A stretch of 62,514 nucleotides of DNA, counting the filler. It is 3 parts of 3 records of this genome, joined end to end, with 100 filler letters (N's around TTAATTAATTAA, not from the genome) between each part and the next. Parts side by side here need not be neighbours in the genome. Positions count along the whole stretch, not along the records: positions 21,348 to 50,777 come from SRR31156797_4422; 2 more parts are not named here. One strand, given 5' to 3'. Shown here in pieces: positions 36,235 through 46,327 of this stretch. Within the stretch, counting starts at the first letter, position 1, and every line of letters starts with the position of its first letter. The position numbers and the translations under genes were made by a program. The notes beneath the pieces were generated by a model, which saw only the letters and a list, made by a program, of their open reading frames with translations, was not told the origin of the DNA and did no database searches.

Positions 36235-37350
36235 TTGAATAACGCTAATCAGAACATAAAATCCGACAAATTACGCATCGTTTGTTTTCATTTATATAAT
36301 GATTATAGTGGCGCTCCATTAGTTCTGTCCGAAGTTATTGAAGGTTTAAATAGCAAAGGGCATAAAGTTGAACTTTATACTTCAGGAAAATATAGTAAGG
36401 GGTTTCTAACTCAATTGAATGATGTGGAATATCATTATTCACACTATAAATGGACTGCAACGAGGTATATTAATTATCTAAGTTTTTTTACAAATCAGTT
36501 TTTTTTATTTTTCAGATTATTGTTTTATGCTCGCAAGGATGTAGTCTTTTATGTGAATACTCTTTGGCCATTTGCAGCAGGTTTGGCAGGAAGGCTAACT
36601 GGTAAAAGAGTAATTTATCATCTTCATGAAACTTCTGTAAAACCTAAATGGCTTAAACGATTTTTATTCAGAATACTTGATAAATCAGCTAGCGATATTA
36701 TATATGTTTCGAATTATTTGAAACAAAAAGATCCCGTTAAACAGACCCGTCAGCATGTTGTATATAACGCATTATCACCCGATTTTGTAAATAGTGTACG
36801 ACCACATACTGATTCAAATGAGTTTACGGTATTAATGTTATGTTCGCTGAAAAAATATAAAGGAATAAAAGAGTTTATTCAAATAGCTGCCAGATTAACG
36901 AATATAAAATTTGAACTTGTAGTAAGTGCAAATGATGAAGAATTGAACGCATATTTTAAAAATGATCGATTTTCAGAAAATATGTCCTTATTTGCAACTC
37001 AGGTTGATGTACATCCTTTTTATGCTCGCGCTTCATTGGTTCTTAATTTGAGTCATCCGGATAAATGGTTAGAGTCATTTGGCCTTACTGTTTTGGAAGC
37101 TATGCATTATGGAGTTCCCGCAATTGTTCCTCCTATTGGAGGCATAAGTGAGCTGGTAAAAGATGGGTATAATGGATATAAAATCAGCGTAAAGGATTTA
37201 GACCTCATTACTAATACTATACACCAATTATATGAAGATAAGAATCTTCATTTGGAGCTTTCTCAGCATGCCAAAGAAATGGCTAAGCATTTTAATTATG
37301 ATCGAATGATCAATAAAGTAGAAAATATTATTATGGATATTGATTCATAA
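36235..37350 (+). CDS. Glycosyltransferase family 4 (GT-B)
   Basis: ESFGLTVLEAMHYGVPAI..GGISELVKDGYNG. Confidence 0.9.
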   Translation: MNNANQNIKSDKLRIVCFHLYNDYSGAPLVLSEVIEGLNSKGHKVELYTSGKYSKGFLTQLNDVEYHYSHYKWTATRYINYLSFFTNQFFLFFRLLFYARKDVVFYVNTLWPFAAGLAGRLTGKRVIYHLHETSVKPKWLKRFLFRILDKSASDIIYVSNYLKQKDPVKQTRQHVVYNALSPDFVNSVRPHTDSNEFTVLMLCSLKKYKGIKEFIQIAARLTNIKFELVVSANDEELNAYFKNDRFSENMSLFATQVDVHPFYARASLVLNLSHPDKWLESFGLTVLEAMHYGVPAIVPPIGGISELVKDGYNGYKISVKDLDLITNTIHQLYEDKNLHLELSQHAKEMAKHFNYDRMINKVENIIMDIDS

Positions 37351-37496
37351 GGCATTATTTTCTGAATCTTTTAGTTGCGCAATTTATTAAACTAACATTT
37401 TTTTAACACATAATATTTTTTGCTAACTTTAATTGCTGAACAAAATTGGTTTTTTAGTCTAATTATTTTGTAATAAGAAATTTAGCTTAAATATTT

Positions 37497-38048
37497 ATGG
37501 AAGAAGTAAGAAATTTATGGGGTCAGGAACTTGACTGGATAAAAGATGAAGAATTACGTGAAAAAACAGCCAAAGTATGGCAAATTGCCCTAGAGCGCAG
37601 TGTTTTATCTGGTGACGATTTAAATAGAATTCCATTTACCTTGTTGGTAGGACCCGACCTGAAAGTTACCTTTATGGATCATAAAAGAGCAGTAGCACAC
37701 ATTGCAAAAGATAGTGGCAATAAAGTAAACGAATTTTTCAAAGATGAACTTCCTGTAAATATGGATGTGCTAATTTCAGGTGCAATATTATGTGATGTGG
37801 GTAAATTGTTGGAATATGTGCTTGATGACAATGGAAACGCTGTTCAGGGAACATATGGAAAATATTTACGTCATCCTTTTAGTGGAGTTGCATTGGCTGA
37901 AGAGGTCGGTTTACCACCAGAAGTTTGTCATATTATTGCCACCCACGCCGGTGAAGGTGATATGGTAAAACGTTCTACAGAAGCATATATCGTGCATCAT
38001 GCCGATTTTATGACATTCTTACCATTTAAAAATGGATTGAAAATATAA
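37497..38048 (+). CDS. HD/HDIG-like protein
   Basis: FMDH, LCDVGKLLEY, RHPFSG, HIIATH, VHHADF. Confidence 0.8.
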   Translation: MEEVRNLWGQELDWIKDEELREKTAKVWQIALERSVLSGDDLNRIPFTLLVGPDLKVTFMDHKRAVAHIAKDSGNKVNEFFKDELPVNMDVLISGAILCDVGKLLEYVLDDNGNAVQGTYGKYLRHPFSGVALAEEVGLPPEVCHIIATHAGEGDMVKRSTEAYIVHHADFMTFLPFKNGLKI

Positions 38049-38106
38049 TTTGAAAGTGAGAGTTATAATAATAAAGAAATCATAGATAGAAATTGAATAA
38101 TACCCT

Positions 38107-39312
38107 ATGCGGGAAAAAGCAGAAAGAGTAAAATTCTTACAAAATGTATCGCTTTTTAGGGATACACCCGATAAAACTTTAGAAAAAATAGCTAAAGCGA
38201 TGCGACAGGTTCATGTTGAAAAAGGTCAATCCATTTTCAATAAAGGGGATAGTATGCGCGCATTATATATTGTGATTAAAGGGAGCCTGCAAGTGCATGA
38301 TGGTGAGTATATTTTTTCAACATTTGATGAAAAAGATTTTTTTGGTGAATATTCCTTAATTGATGAAGAAACACGAAGTGCAACTGTAACGGCTATTATT
38401 CCATCAGATTTATATGAATTAAGCTACGAAGCTTTTAGTGATTGTTTGGATAAAGAGCCTTCTCTGGCCAAATCCATGCTAAAAGGTTTTGTCCAAAGAC
38501 TTCGTGATAATAATATTCTTGAAGAACGCTTAACCCGCAGAACACTGGATATTCAAAAGCAAAAGAATGAAATTATTCGGGAGCGTGATGAGCTTGAAAA
38601 ACAAAAGAAAGAATTAGTAACTCTAAATAATACAAAGGATAAGTTCTTTTCAATTATTGGTCATGACCTTAAAAATCCGTTTAGTACAGTAATTGGTCTT
38701 TCTGAGCTTTTATTAGATGATTTTGATTCATTTGAAAAAGAACGTTTGAAAGTCTTTATTCAGCAAATCAATAAATTCTCAAGTAATGCCTATGCGCTTT
38801 TGGAAAATCTTTTACAATGGGCTAGGAGTCAAACAGGAAAATTAAAACTAAGTAAAAATCTGTATAATCTCAGAGATGTTATAGAGGATAACGTAGAATT
38901 GTTAAGCGGCAATATCAAACAAAAGAATATAGAAATTAATTATCCCAAAGAATCTGCATTTTGGCAGTTTGATGTAAACATGATAAGCACAGTAGTTAGA
39001 AACCTTATATCAAATGCGATCAAGTTTACGGGAGATAATGGAAAAATTGATATACGCTATGAAGAGCGAAACGGGAAACTCTATGTTACTGTGGCGGATA
39101 ATGGGATGGGAATTGCTAAAAAAGATCTTCCAAAATTGTTTAAGCTTGATGTGAATCCATCTACAATTGGAACCTCAGATGAGAAAGGAACTGGTTTGGG
39201 ATTAATTTTATGTCACGAATTTATTGAAAGACATAATGGAGAGATATGGGTTGAAAGCGAACCAGGTGAAGGCAGTATCTTCAAGTTTTTTATACCCGAG
39301 TCAAACAGTTAA
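38107..39312 (+). CDS. Cytoplasmic cNMP-binding-domain histidine kinase
   Basis: FFGEYSLIDEETRSATV; H-box GHDLKNPF; NLISNAIKFT, DNGMG, GTGLGL; no TM. Confidence 0.9.
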   Translation: MREKAERVKFLQNVSLFRDTPDKTLEKIAKAMRQVHVEKGQSIFNKGDSMRALYIVIKGSLQVHDGEYIFSTFDEKDFFGEYSLIDEETRSATVTAIIPSDLYELSYEAFSDCLDKEPSLAKSMLKGFVQRLRDNNILEERLTRRTLDIQKQKNEIIRERDELEKQKKELVTLNNTKDKFFSIIGHDLKNPFSTVIGLSELLLDDFDSFEKERLKVFIQQINKFSSNAYALLENLLQWARSQTGKLKLSKNLYNLRDVIEDNVELLSGNIKQKNIEINYPKESAFWQFDVNMISTVVRNLISNAIKFTGDNGKIDIRYEERNGKLYVTVADNGMGIAKKDLPKLFKLDVNPSTIGTSDEKGTGLGLILCHEFIERHNGEIWVESEPGEGSIFKFFIPESNS

Positions 39313-39466
39313 TTAGATCCGTTTAATAATTGTTGCTCTCATTTTACGTTCATGGATTAAAATTTGCATGATCGTTTTATTCAATTGGTTTATTGGAAAG
39401 TTTATCATTTAGATGGGAATTTTTCGAAAACCACTATTTTTGCATTTTAAAATAATTTAATCGCTT

Positions 39467-40198
39467 ATGTTGACGCTTTTCAGAAAAGAGTTAAGTAGCT
39501 TTTTTACCTCACTAACAGGATATATTGTTGTGATTATATTCCTTTTAGTCAATAGCCTTTTTATGTGGGTTTTCCCTGGTTCAATAAATGTAATTGAGTC
39601 AGGTTATGCTAACATGGATGCTTTATTTATTATGGCACCTTGGGTGTTTTTATTTTTGGTTCCCGCTGTTACAATGAGGCTTTTTAGTGAAGAAAAAAAA
39701 TCAAAAACAATCGACCTTTTATTGACGAGACCTCTATCTGATTTTCAGATTGTGTTTGCTAAATATTTGGCTGGAGTTAGTATAGTTGTTATTTCTTTGC
39801 TTCCTACATTTGTATATTATGTTTCAATTTGGGTGCTTGGTGATCCAGCAGGAAATATTGACGTAGGCGGAACATGGGGAGCCTACATAGGATTATTGTT
39901 TTTAGCCTCAATCTACGTGGCAATTGGAGTGTTTTCTTCTTCCCTCAGCGAAAATCAAATTGTTTCATTTTTAATTGCAGTCACAATTTCATTTGTTTTT
40001 TATGTTGGCTTTGAGTCAATTGCTAGTCTTGAAGCATTAGAAAGTCTATCATATTTCATAAAAAATATTGGCATTAATGAACATTATAGTTCAATTAGTC
40101 GTGGAGTGATTGATAGTCGAGATCTCATATATTTCTTGGCAGTTATAACAATATTTTTATTGTTCACCAGAACAGTATTACAAAGTCGAAAATGGTAA
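39467..40198 (+). CDS. gldF: Gliding motility-associated ABC transporter permease
   Basis: PWVFLFLVPAVTMRLFSEEKK, HYSSISRGVIDSRDLIYF. Confidence 0.92.
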   Translation: MLTLFRKELSSFFTSLTGYIVVIIFLLVNSLFMWVFPGSINVIESGYANMDALFIMAPWVFLFLVPAVTMRLFSEEKKSKTIDLLLTRPLSDFQIVFAKYLAGVSIVVISLLPTFVYYVSIWVLGDPAGNIDVGGTWGAYIGLLFLASIYVAIGVFSSSLSENQIVSFLIAVTISFVFYVGFESIASLEALESLSYFIKNIGINEHYSSISRGVIDSRDLIYFLAVITIFLLFTRTVLQSRKW

Positions 40199-40201
40199 AT
40201 T

Positions 40202-41953
40202 ATGAGTAGTATGAAGAAAAATCATGTTAAAAAAAGTAGTTTGACACAATTACTACTCAGTGTTTTGATTGTAGTACTTATAAGCTTTGTGTCATCAAGG
40301 GTATTTTTCAGAATTGACCTTACAACTGATAAAAGGTATACAATTCATGAAAGCACCAGAAATGCATTAAAGAACCTAGAAGATATTATTTATGTTAAGG
40401 TATATTTATCTGGTGATTTGCCACCTACATTTGAAGAATTAAGGCGATCTGTTTTTGAAACGCTTGAAGAATTTAGAGCGTATGCCGGGGCAAATATTCA
40501 GTATGAATTTATTAATCCATCTGAAAGTGAAGATGAGAAAGTCAGAAATGATATAGCCAGGCAGCTTGTTCGGAAGGGACTTGTTCCCAGAACTATTCGT
40601 GTGAAGGATAAAGATGGTTTTAAAACAAAATATTTATTTCCGGGAGCCATTATCAATTTCAGAGAAGAAGAAATACCGTTAAACTTTTTAGATACGAAAG
40701 CTAGTAATGCCAGAGTAAGTGTAGCATCATTGGTAAATGATGCACAGGGGCGCTTGGAATATAACTTCTTAAATAAGTTTAGAACAATTACTCAGATCTT
40801 CCCTCCGGAAATTGCTTTTATTCATGGTCATGGAGAGCTTGGACGAATGGAAAATATTTCAATCGCCAGAGAGCTGGCTGATATGTATGGTGTAAGGGTT
40901 ATTGATCCCGCTGAATACATTTTTGCACTTAGAGATTCGAGCAGATTAAAATATAAAGCTATTATTATATCCAAGCCTCGAGAAAGGTTCTCTGAAAAAG
41001 ATAAGTTTATTATTGATCAGTATATAATGCATGGTGGAAGAGTCTTATGGCTTGTGGATTACACTGAAGCTAGTATGGATAGCTTATCGCATAGTAGTTC
41101 CACCCAGGCATTGCCGCTGCAGCGGAAATTGAATTTGAATGATATGTTATTTAATTATGGTGTTCGGATAAATACCGGGATCATACAAGACTTAAATAAC
41201 GCACCAATTCCGGTAAATACAGCAGCTGCAGGCACCGAGCCGCAATTTTCACCAGTGCCTTGGGTTTATTTTCCTTTGATTACTCCAAGACCAATTCACC
41301 CAATTACAACTAATATTGGATTGATAAAAGCAGAATTTGCTAATCCGCTTGATACGGTTGGCGAAAATCCTTTAGTATCGAAACAGATTCTGTTGACAAG
41401 TTCACAATATTCAAGAGTGGTGAGTTCACCGGCCATAATTGATTTGAATATTATAAATGAAAACCAAAATCCTGATTTTTATAATGCAGGGCCTCAGAAT
41501 ATTGCAGTCTTGATGGAAGGTAATTTTCAATCGGCCTTTAAAAATCGACTTGTGGATGATATCACAGATAATCAGACATTTGATTTTAGAGATCAAAGTA
41601 AAAAAACAAAAATGATTGTCGTTTCCGATGGAGATATTTCCAAGAATCCCATAATTACACGAAATGGAGATCAGCAACCCTTACCTCTTGGCACTGATAA
41701 GTGGTTTGAACAAATATACTTCAGTGGAAACCAGGAGTTTATTTTGAATGCTGTGAATTATTTAACAGATGATTTGGAACTTGTAACTTTGAGAGGTCGG
41801 AAGTTTCAATTGCGAATGCTTGATAAACCTAGATTATTGGAAGCAAAAGGCTTTTGGAGATCAATTAACATCGGTTTGCCAATATTGATAATGTTAATGG
41901 TTGCTATGCTTGTTAGTACAATTAGAAAATATCGATACGTCAGAAAAAAATAG
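40202..41953 (+). CDS. gldG: Gliding motility-associated ABC transporter auxiliary protein
   Basis: RIDLTTDKRYT, GHGEL, DQYIMHGG, MIVVSDGD, LNAVNYL. Confidence 0.92.
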   Translation: MSSMKKNHVKKSSLTQLLLSVLIVVLISFVSSRVFFRIDLTTDKRYTIHESTRNALKNLEDIIYVKVYLSGDLPPTFEELRRSVFETLEEFRAYAGANIQYEFINPSESEDEKVRNDIARQLVRKGLVPRTIRVKDKDGFKTKYLFPGAIINFREEEIPLNFLDTKASNARVSVASLVNDAQGRLEYNFLNKFRTITQIFPPEIAFIHGHGELGRMENISIARELADMYGVRVIDPAEYIFALRDSSRLKYKAIIISKPRERFSEKDKFIIDQYIMHGGRVLWLVDYTEASMDSLSHSSSTQALPLQRKLNLNDMLFNYGVRINTGIIQDLNNAPIPVNTAAAGTEPQFSPVPWVYFPLITPRPIHPITTNIGLIKAEFANPLDTVGENPLVSKQILLTSSQYSRVVSSPAIIDLNIINENQNPDFYNAGPQNIAVLMEGNFQSAFKNRLVDDITDNQTFDFRDQSKKTKMIVVSDGDISKNPIITRNGDQQPLPLGTDKWFEQIYFSGNQEFILNAVNYLTDDLELVTLRGRKFQLRMLDKPRLLEAKGFWRSINIGLPILIMLMVAMLVSTIRKYRYVRKK

Positions 41954-41974
41954 TGAATTAGTAAATTAATATAG

Positions 41975-42994
41975 ATGAAGAAAAACTTAATACAAATAAT
42001 TATTCTTGCCGTTCTTTTGGGTATTGTAATTATTGCTCAAATTGTTCCTGTTGGTAATTCAAGATTGATGGATATGCTAAAAATTAGCAAAAAAGGAACG
42101 ATTAAAGAATTGCGTGATTTTAATATTGAAGATACAAGTAGAATTGATCGAATCTTTATGGTTGATATGGAAACATCAACCCTTGATTTAACAAGAGAAG
42201 AAGGTAATAAGTGGGTTGTTAATGGTAAATATCCGGCAAAAACTCATAGTGTAAATCTGCTCTTGCATACTCTGCATATGATGAGAATTAAGGCTCCTGT
42301 TGCAACTTCCGCTGAAGAGAATATTATCAAGAGGTTGGCTACTAAATCTGTAAAGGTTGAAGTCTATGATGGAGACGATATTTTGAAAACGTATTACATT
42401 GGCGGTGTTACTCAAAATCAAACAGGTACGTATGCTATGTTGGAAGGATCAACTAAAGCCTTTATTTTGGAGATTCCGGGATTTAGAGGATATTTATCAA
42501 GTCGTTTTCACACAGTTGAAAATCTATGGCGCTCGGCAAGAATATTCCAATATGATGAAACACAGATTAATAAAATTAATGTGAAGGTGGGTTCACAACC
42601 AAACCAATCATTTGCAATTAAGGTAAATGGGATTGGAAATTATGAGCTTTATGATCATAACGATAGAAAAGCAAAGAGTTTTGATACCTTGGCAGTAAGA
42701 AGGTTTGTAAAAGAGTTTAGACATAAAGCTTTTTCGAGGTTTCATACAACTGATATGCAATTGAAAGCCGATTCAGTATATAATAGCAGATATTTTTATA
42801 GAATAAACGTTGATTTGAATACAAACAGGAATGTTGAATTGAGTTTACATAAGATTAAAGATTATGTGGCTGATGATATCCTGGAAGTAGACTATATGAA
42901 CGGTATTGTGAATCAAACACTTTGGGTTAGTGTGCAAACACATGTATTTGCTACTTTATTTAGGGAACTAGATGATTTTAAACCTGTATTTTGA
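41975..42994 (+). CDS. DUF4340-like protein
   Basis: N-terminal anchor, WVVNGKY, IPGFRGYLSSRF; follows gldG. Confidence 0.7.
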   Translation: MKKNLIQIIILAVLLGIVIIAQIVPVGNSRLMDMLKISKKGTIKELRDFNIEDTSRIDRIFMVDMETSTLDLTREEGNKWVVNGKYPAKTHSVNLLLHTLHMMRIKAPVATSAEENIIKRLATKSVKVEVYDGDDILKTYYIGGVTQNQTGTYAMLEGSTKAFILEIPGFRGYLSSRFHTVENLWRSARIFQYDETQINKINVKVGSQPNQSFAIKVNGIGNYELYDHNDRKAKSFDTLAVRRFVKEFRHKAFSRFHTTDMQLKADSVYNSRYFYRINVDLNTNRNVELSLHKIKDYVADDILEVDYMNGIVNQTLWVSVQTHVFATLFRELDDFKPVF

Positions 42995-43035
42995 AAAGTT
43001 TTTCTTATTTTTGAATAAATAAAAAGAGAGAAATA

Positions 43036-44163
43036 ATGAATTTTGTTGTATCAAGTACTGACTTATTAAATCACTTGCAAGCAATAGCGAAAGTGATTAG
43101 CAATAAGAATACATTACCGATCCTTGATAACTTCTTATTCGAGTTAAAAGGAAACGTGCTTACAATTACTGCCTCAGATTTAGAAACCACGCTTGTTACA
43201 TCTATGGAAGTTGACAATGCTGAAGGCGAGGGTGTTATAGCTGTAGATGCGCGTAGATTACTTAAATTAAAAGATTCATCAGAACAACCGCTTACATTTA
43301 ATATCAATACAGAAACTTTATCAGTTGATATTTTATCAGAAAGTGGAAAATTTAGTAAAGTTGAGCAACGTGGAGAAGATTATCCTAAACCACAGGAAAT
43401 TGATGATGCTCAAAAAACTGAAATAAGTTTAACTGCTGAGTCACTTCTAAGTTCAATTAACAAAACTATTTTTGCCACAGCTGACGATGATTTAAGACCA
43501 GTTATGAATGGTGTACTATTTAGTTTTACACCTGATTATTTAACCGCTGTAGCATCAGATGCACATAAAATGGTTCGTTATCGTCGCACAGACGTGAAAG
43601 CAGACAATGAAGCATCATTCATTTTGCCTCAAAAACCGGCACAAATGCTAAAGAGTTTATTGCCTAATGATGAAAGTGATGTGAAAGTTTCTTTTGATTC
43701 ACAAAATGCAATATTTGAATTTGCCAATTTCACACAGGTTTGTCGCCTTGTTGAGGGTAAATATCCAAATTATGAAGCAGTTATACCAAAAGATAATCCT
43801 TATAAGATGACCATCGACAGACTTGATATTTATAACAAGCTAAAGATGGTAAGTGGTTATGCAAATCCTGCCAGCAATTTGGTCAAGCTTAGTGTTGCGC
43901 CTAGTGAGTTGAAAGTATCTGCTCAGGATCTTGATTTTTCTATGTCAGCCTTTGAAAGATTGAAATGCGAGTATGAAGGAGAAGAGATGGAAATTGGATT
44001 TAAAGCACTTTTCTTACTTGAAATTATAAGTAATCTATCTTCAACTGATGTTGTTGTTGAGCTAAGTGATCCTACACGTGCTGCACTATTCTTGCCACTT
44101 GAAAAGGAAAATGAAAATGAAGACTTATTAATGCTACTGATGCCAATGATGGTAAATCAGTAA
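43036..44163 (+). CDS. dnaN: DNA polymerase III beta sliding clamp
   Basis: NTLPILDNFLF, ASDLE, DDLRPVMNG, SDAHK, EGKYPNY, LLMPM. Confidence 0.97.
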   Translation: MNFVVSSTDLLNHLQAIAKVISNKNTLPILDNFLFELKGNVLTITASDLETTLVTSMEVDNAEGEGVIAVDARRLLKLKDSSEQPLTFNINTETLSVDILSESGKFSKVEQRGEDYPKPQEIDDAQKTEISLTAESLLSSINKTIFATADDDLRPVMNGVLFSFTPDYLTAVASDAHKMVRYRRTDVKADNEASFILPQKPAQMLKSLLPNDESDVKVSFDSQNAIFEFANFTQVCRLVEGKYPNYEAVIPKDNPYKMTIDRLDIYNKLKMVSGYANPASNLVKLSVAPSELKVSAQDLDFSMSAFERLKCEYEGEEMEIGFKALFLLEIISNLSSTDVVVELSDPTRAALFLPLEKENENEDLLMLLMPMMVNQ

Positions 44164-44184
44164 TAGAATATAAGAATAGGTGAG

Positions 44185-44211
44185 AAGGGATGCTGGTGCA
44201 TCCCTTTTTTT
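44185..44211 (+). terminator. Intrinsic terminator after dnaN
   Basis: AAGGGATGC-TGGT-GCATCCCTT followed by T-run. Confidence 0.88.
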
Positions 44212-44318
44212 GTGCTGTAAAACAGCTTCTTTATGCTAATTTATTAACCTCAAAAACTAACTATTTGTATGCAATTTGTGTTAAACAATAAAACAATTAG
44301 TAACTAAATATTTCACAT

Positions 44319-46193
44319 ATGACAACAAATGAATTAAAAGCATTTATTAAAAATGTAAGTCTTTTTAAAGGTCTTAGCGATGATGAAATAAATACTGTGG
44401 CTCAATATGTAAAGAGAAAATCATTTAAAGAAGGTGATTATTTATTCAAACAACATGTAGAGAGGGAAGCAATATATTTTATATCAACTGGAGAGGTTGA
44501 GTTATTTAGTAAAACAGCTTTTGGAGCTGAAAACCGTTTGGCATATTTTGGACCTTATGATTTTATAGGAGAAGGTTCTTTGTTGGATCATTCACCTCAT
44601 AGTACCAATGCAAGAGCACTCACTAATGTTGAATGTTATGGTGTAGAACGTACAGATTTGAATGAACTTGCGAATAATCATAATGCAATTACTTCAAAAA
44701 TATATGCTAATCTGGCGAAAGTTATTACCAGGCGAATGCATCAGGCAAATGCACAGCTAATTAATGCCGGTGCACAATATGCCTCAGGTACCACAAGACC
44801 AGAGCACGACTTATTAGGAGATCGTGATGTACCTGATCATGTATTTTATGGGATTCAAACAATGAGAGCACTTGAAAACTTTAACATTTCAGGAGTTTCA
44901 TTACAGTTTTATCCTATTTTAATTAATAGTTTGGCAATTGTAAAAATGGCAGCCGCAAAAGCAAATCATGATTTAGGTTTATTGGATGATAATGTAAATG
45001 ATGCTATTGTACAAGCATGTGATGAAATAATGAAAGGTAAATATCATCGTCATTTTGTTGTGGATATGATACAGGGAGGTGCAGGTACCTCAACAAATAT
45101 GAACGCCAATGAAGTAATTGCTAACAGAGCACTTGAGATAATGGGTTATAAAAAAGGTGAGTATAAATATTGTCATCCAAATAACCATGTGAATTTATCT
45201 CAATCTACTAATGATGCTTATCCTACGGCTATTAAAATTGCATTACTTTATTCAAATATAAAATTTACTGAGGTATTAAAAGACCTGGTAGAATCCTTTA
45301 GAAAGAAGGGACAAGAGTTTGCACATGTGATTAAAATGGGTCGCACACAGTTACAGGATGCAGTGCCAATGACCTTAGGACAGGAATTTGAAGCCTATGC
45401 CACAATGTTGGAAGAAGAGGTTGAGCGTTTGCAACATAATGCGGACTTGTTCCTTGAAGTAAATATGGGAGCAACAGCCATTGGTACAGGGATCAATGCT
45501 GATCCAGATTATAGTGAAAAATGTGTAAATCATTTAAGAGATATTACCGGACTTGATATTAAGTTGGCAGGAAACCTTGTGGAAGCAACTCAGGATACCG
45601 GAGCTTTTATTATGTATTCCTCTGCTGTAAAAAGACTTGCAATTAAATTAAGTAAGATTAGTAATGACCTACGTTTACTTTCCTCAGGTCCTCGAACTGG
45701 ATTTAATGAAATTAATTTGCCTCCAATGCAACCTGGGTCATCTATAATGCCAGGAAAAGTTAATCCTGTAATTCCTGAGGTAGTAAATCAAATTGCATTT
45801 AAAGTTATTGGTAACGACCTTACTGTGAGTCTTGCATCAGAAGCAGGGCAGCTTGAGTTAAATGTGATGGAACCAGTAATAGTTCAAAGTCTTTTTGAGA
45901 ATATCGAAATGCTTAAAAACGGTATGGAGGTATTGAAGTATCGTTGTATTGATGGAATCACTGCTAACGAAGAGCGTTGTAGAGAGCTTGTTCATAATAG
46001 TATTGGTTTGGTAACTGCACTTAATCCGGTGCTAGGTTATGAGATTTGTACAAAATTGGCAAAAGATGCACTGGAGAATAATAGATCAGTATATGATCTT
46101 GTGTTAGAACAAAATCTTTTGTCAAAAGAGCAATTAGATGAAGTTTTGTCACCTGAAAATATGATCAAGCCTCATAAATTGGCTGGAAAATAA
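44319..46193 (+). CDS. aspA: Aspartate ammonia-lyase with N-terminal cyclic-nucleotide-binding domain
   Basis: First ~155 aa CRP-like (LFKGLSDDE..FIGEGSLL); then QGGAGTSTNMNANEVIAN, KMGRTQLQDA, GSSIMPGKVNP. Confidence 0.93.
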   Translation: MTTNELKAFIKNVSLFKGLSDDEINTVAQYVKRKSFKEGDYLFKQHVEREAIYFISTGEVELFSKTAFGAENRLAYFGPYDFIGEGSLLDHSPHSTNARALTNVECYGVERTDLNELANNHNAITSKIYANLAKVITRRMHQANAQLINAGAQYASGTTRPEHDLLGDRDVPDHVFYGIQTMRALENFNISGVSLQFYPILINSLAIVKMAAAKANHDLGLLDDNVNDAIVQACDEIMKGKYHRHFVVDMIQGGAGTSTNMNANEVIANRALEIMGYKKGEYKYCHPNNHVNLSQSTNDAYPTAIKIALLYSNIKFTEVLKDLVESFRKKGQEFAHVIKMGRTQLQDAVPMTLGQEFEAYATMLEEEVERLQHNADLFLEVNMGATAIGTGINADPDYSEKCVNHLRDITGLDIKLAGNLVEATQDTGAFIMYSSAVKRLAIKLSKISNDLRLLSSGPRTGFNEINLPPMQPGSSIMPGKVNPVIPEVVNQIAFKVIGNDLTVSLASEAGQLELNVMEPVIVQSLFENIEMLKNGMEVLKYRCIDGITANEERCRELVHNSIGLVTALNPVLGYEICTKLAKDALENNRSVYDLVLEQNLLSKEQLDEVLSPENMIKPHKLAGK

Positions 46194-46212
46194 CATATTA
46201 GTTTAATTTTTT

Positions 46213-46243
46213 AATGGCCAATAAACTTTATTGGCCATTTTTA
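46213..46243 (+). terminator. Terminator after aspA
   Basis: AATGGCCAATAA-ACT-TTATTGGCCATT-TTT. Confidence 0.8.
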
Positions 46244-46327
46244 TTAATGTTAAGAAATCGTTTAATGTTTTCTTATCCCCAGATTATTAGTTTTTTATTG
46301 TATTTTTGCCTAAATTTCGTTCTAGAT

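Noticed and set aside
46214-46327. N-terminal extension of the second TPR-SpoIIE ORF
   Set aside because: The ATG lies within the aspA terminator and upstream of the TATTTTTG promoter; TTG 46328 gives a normal signal peptide
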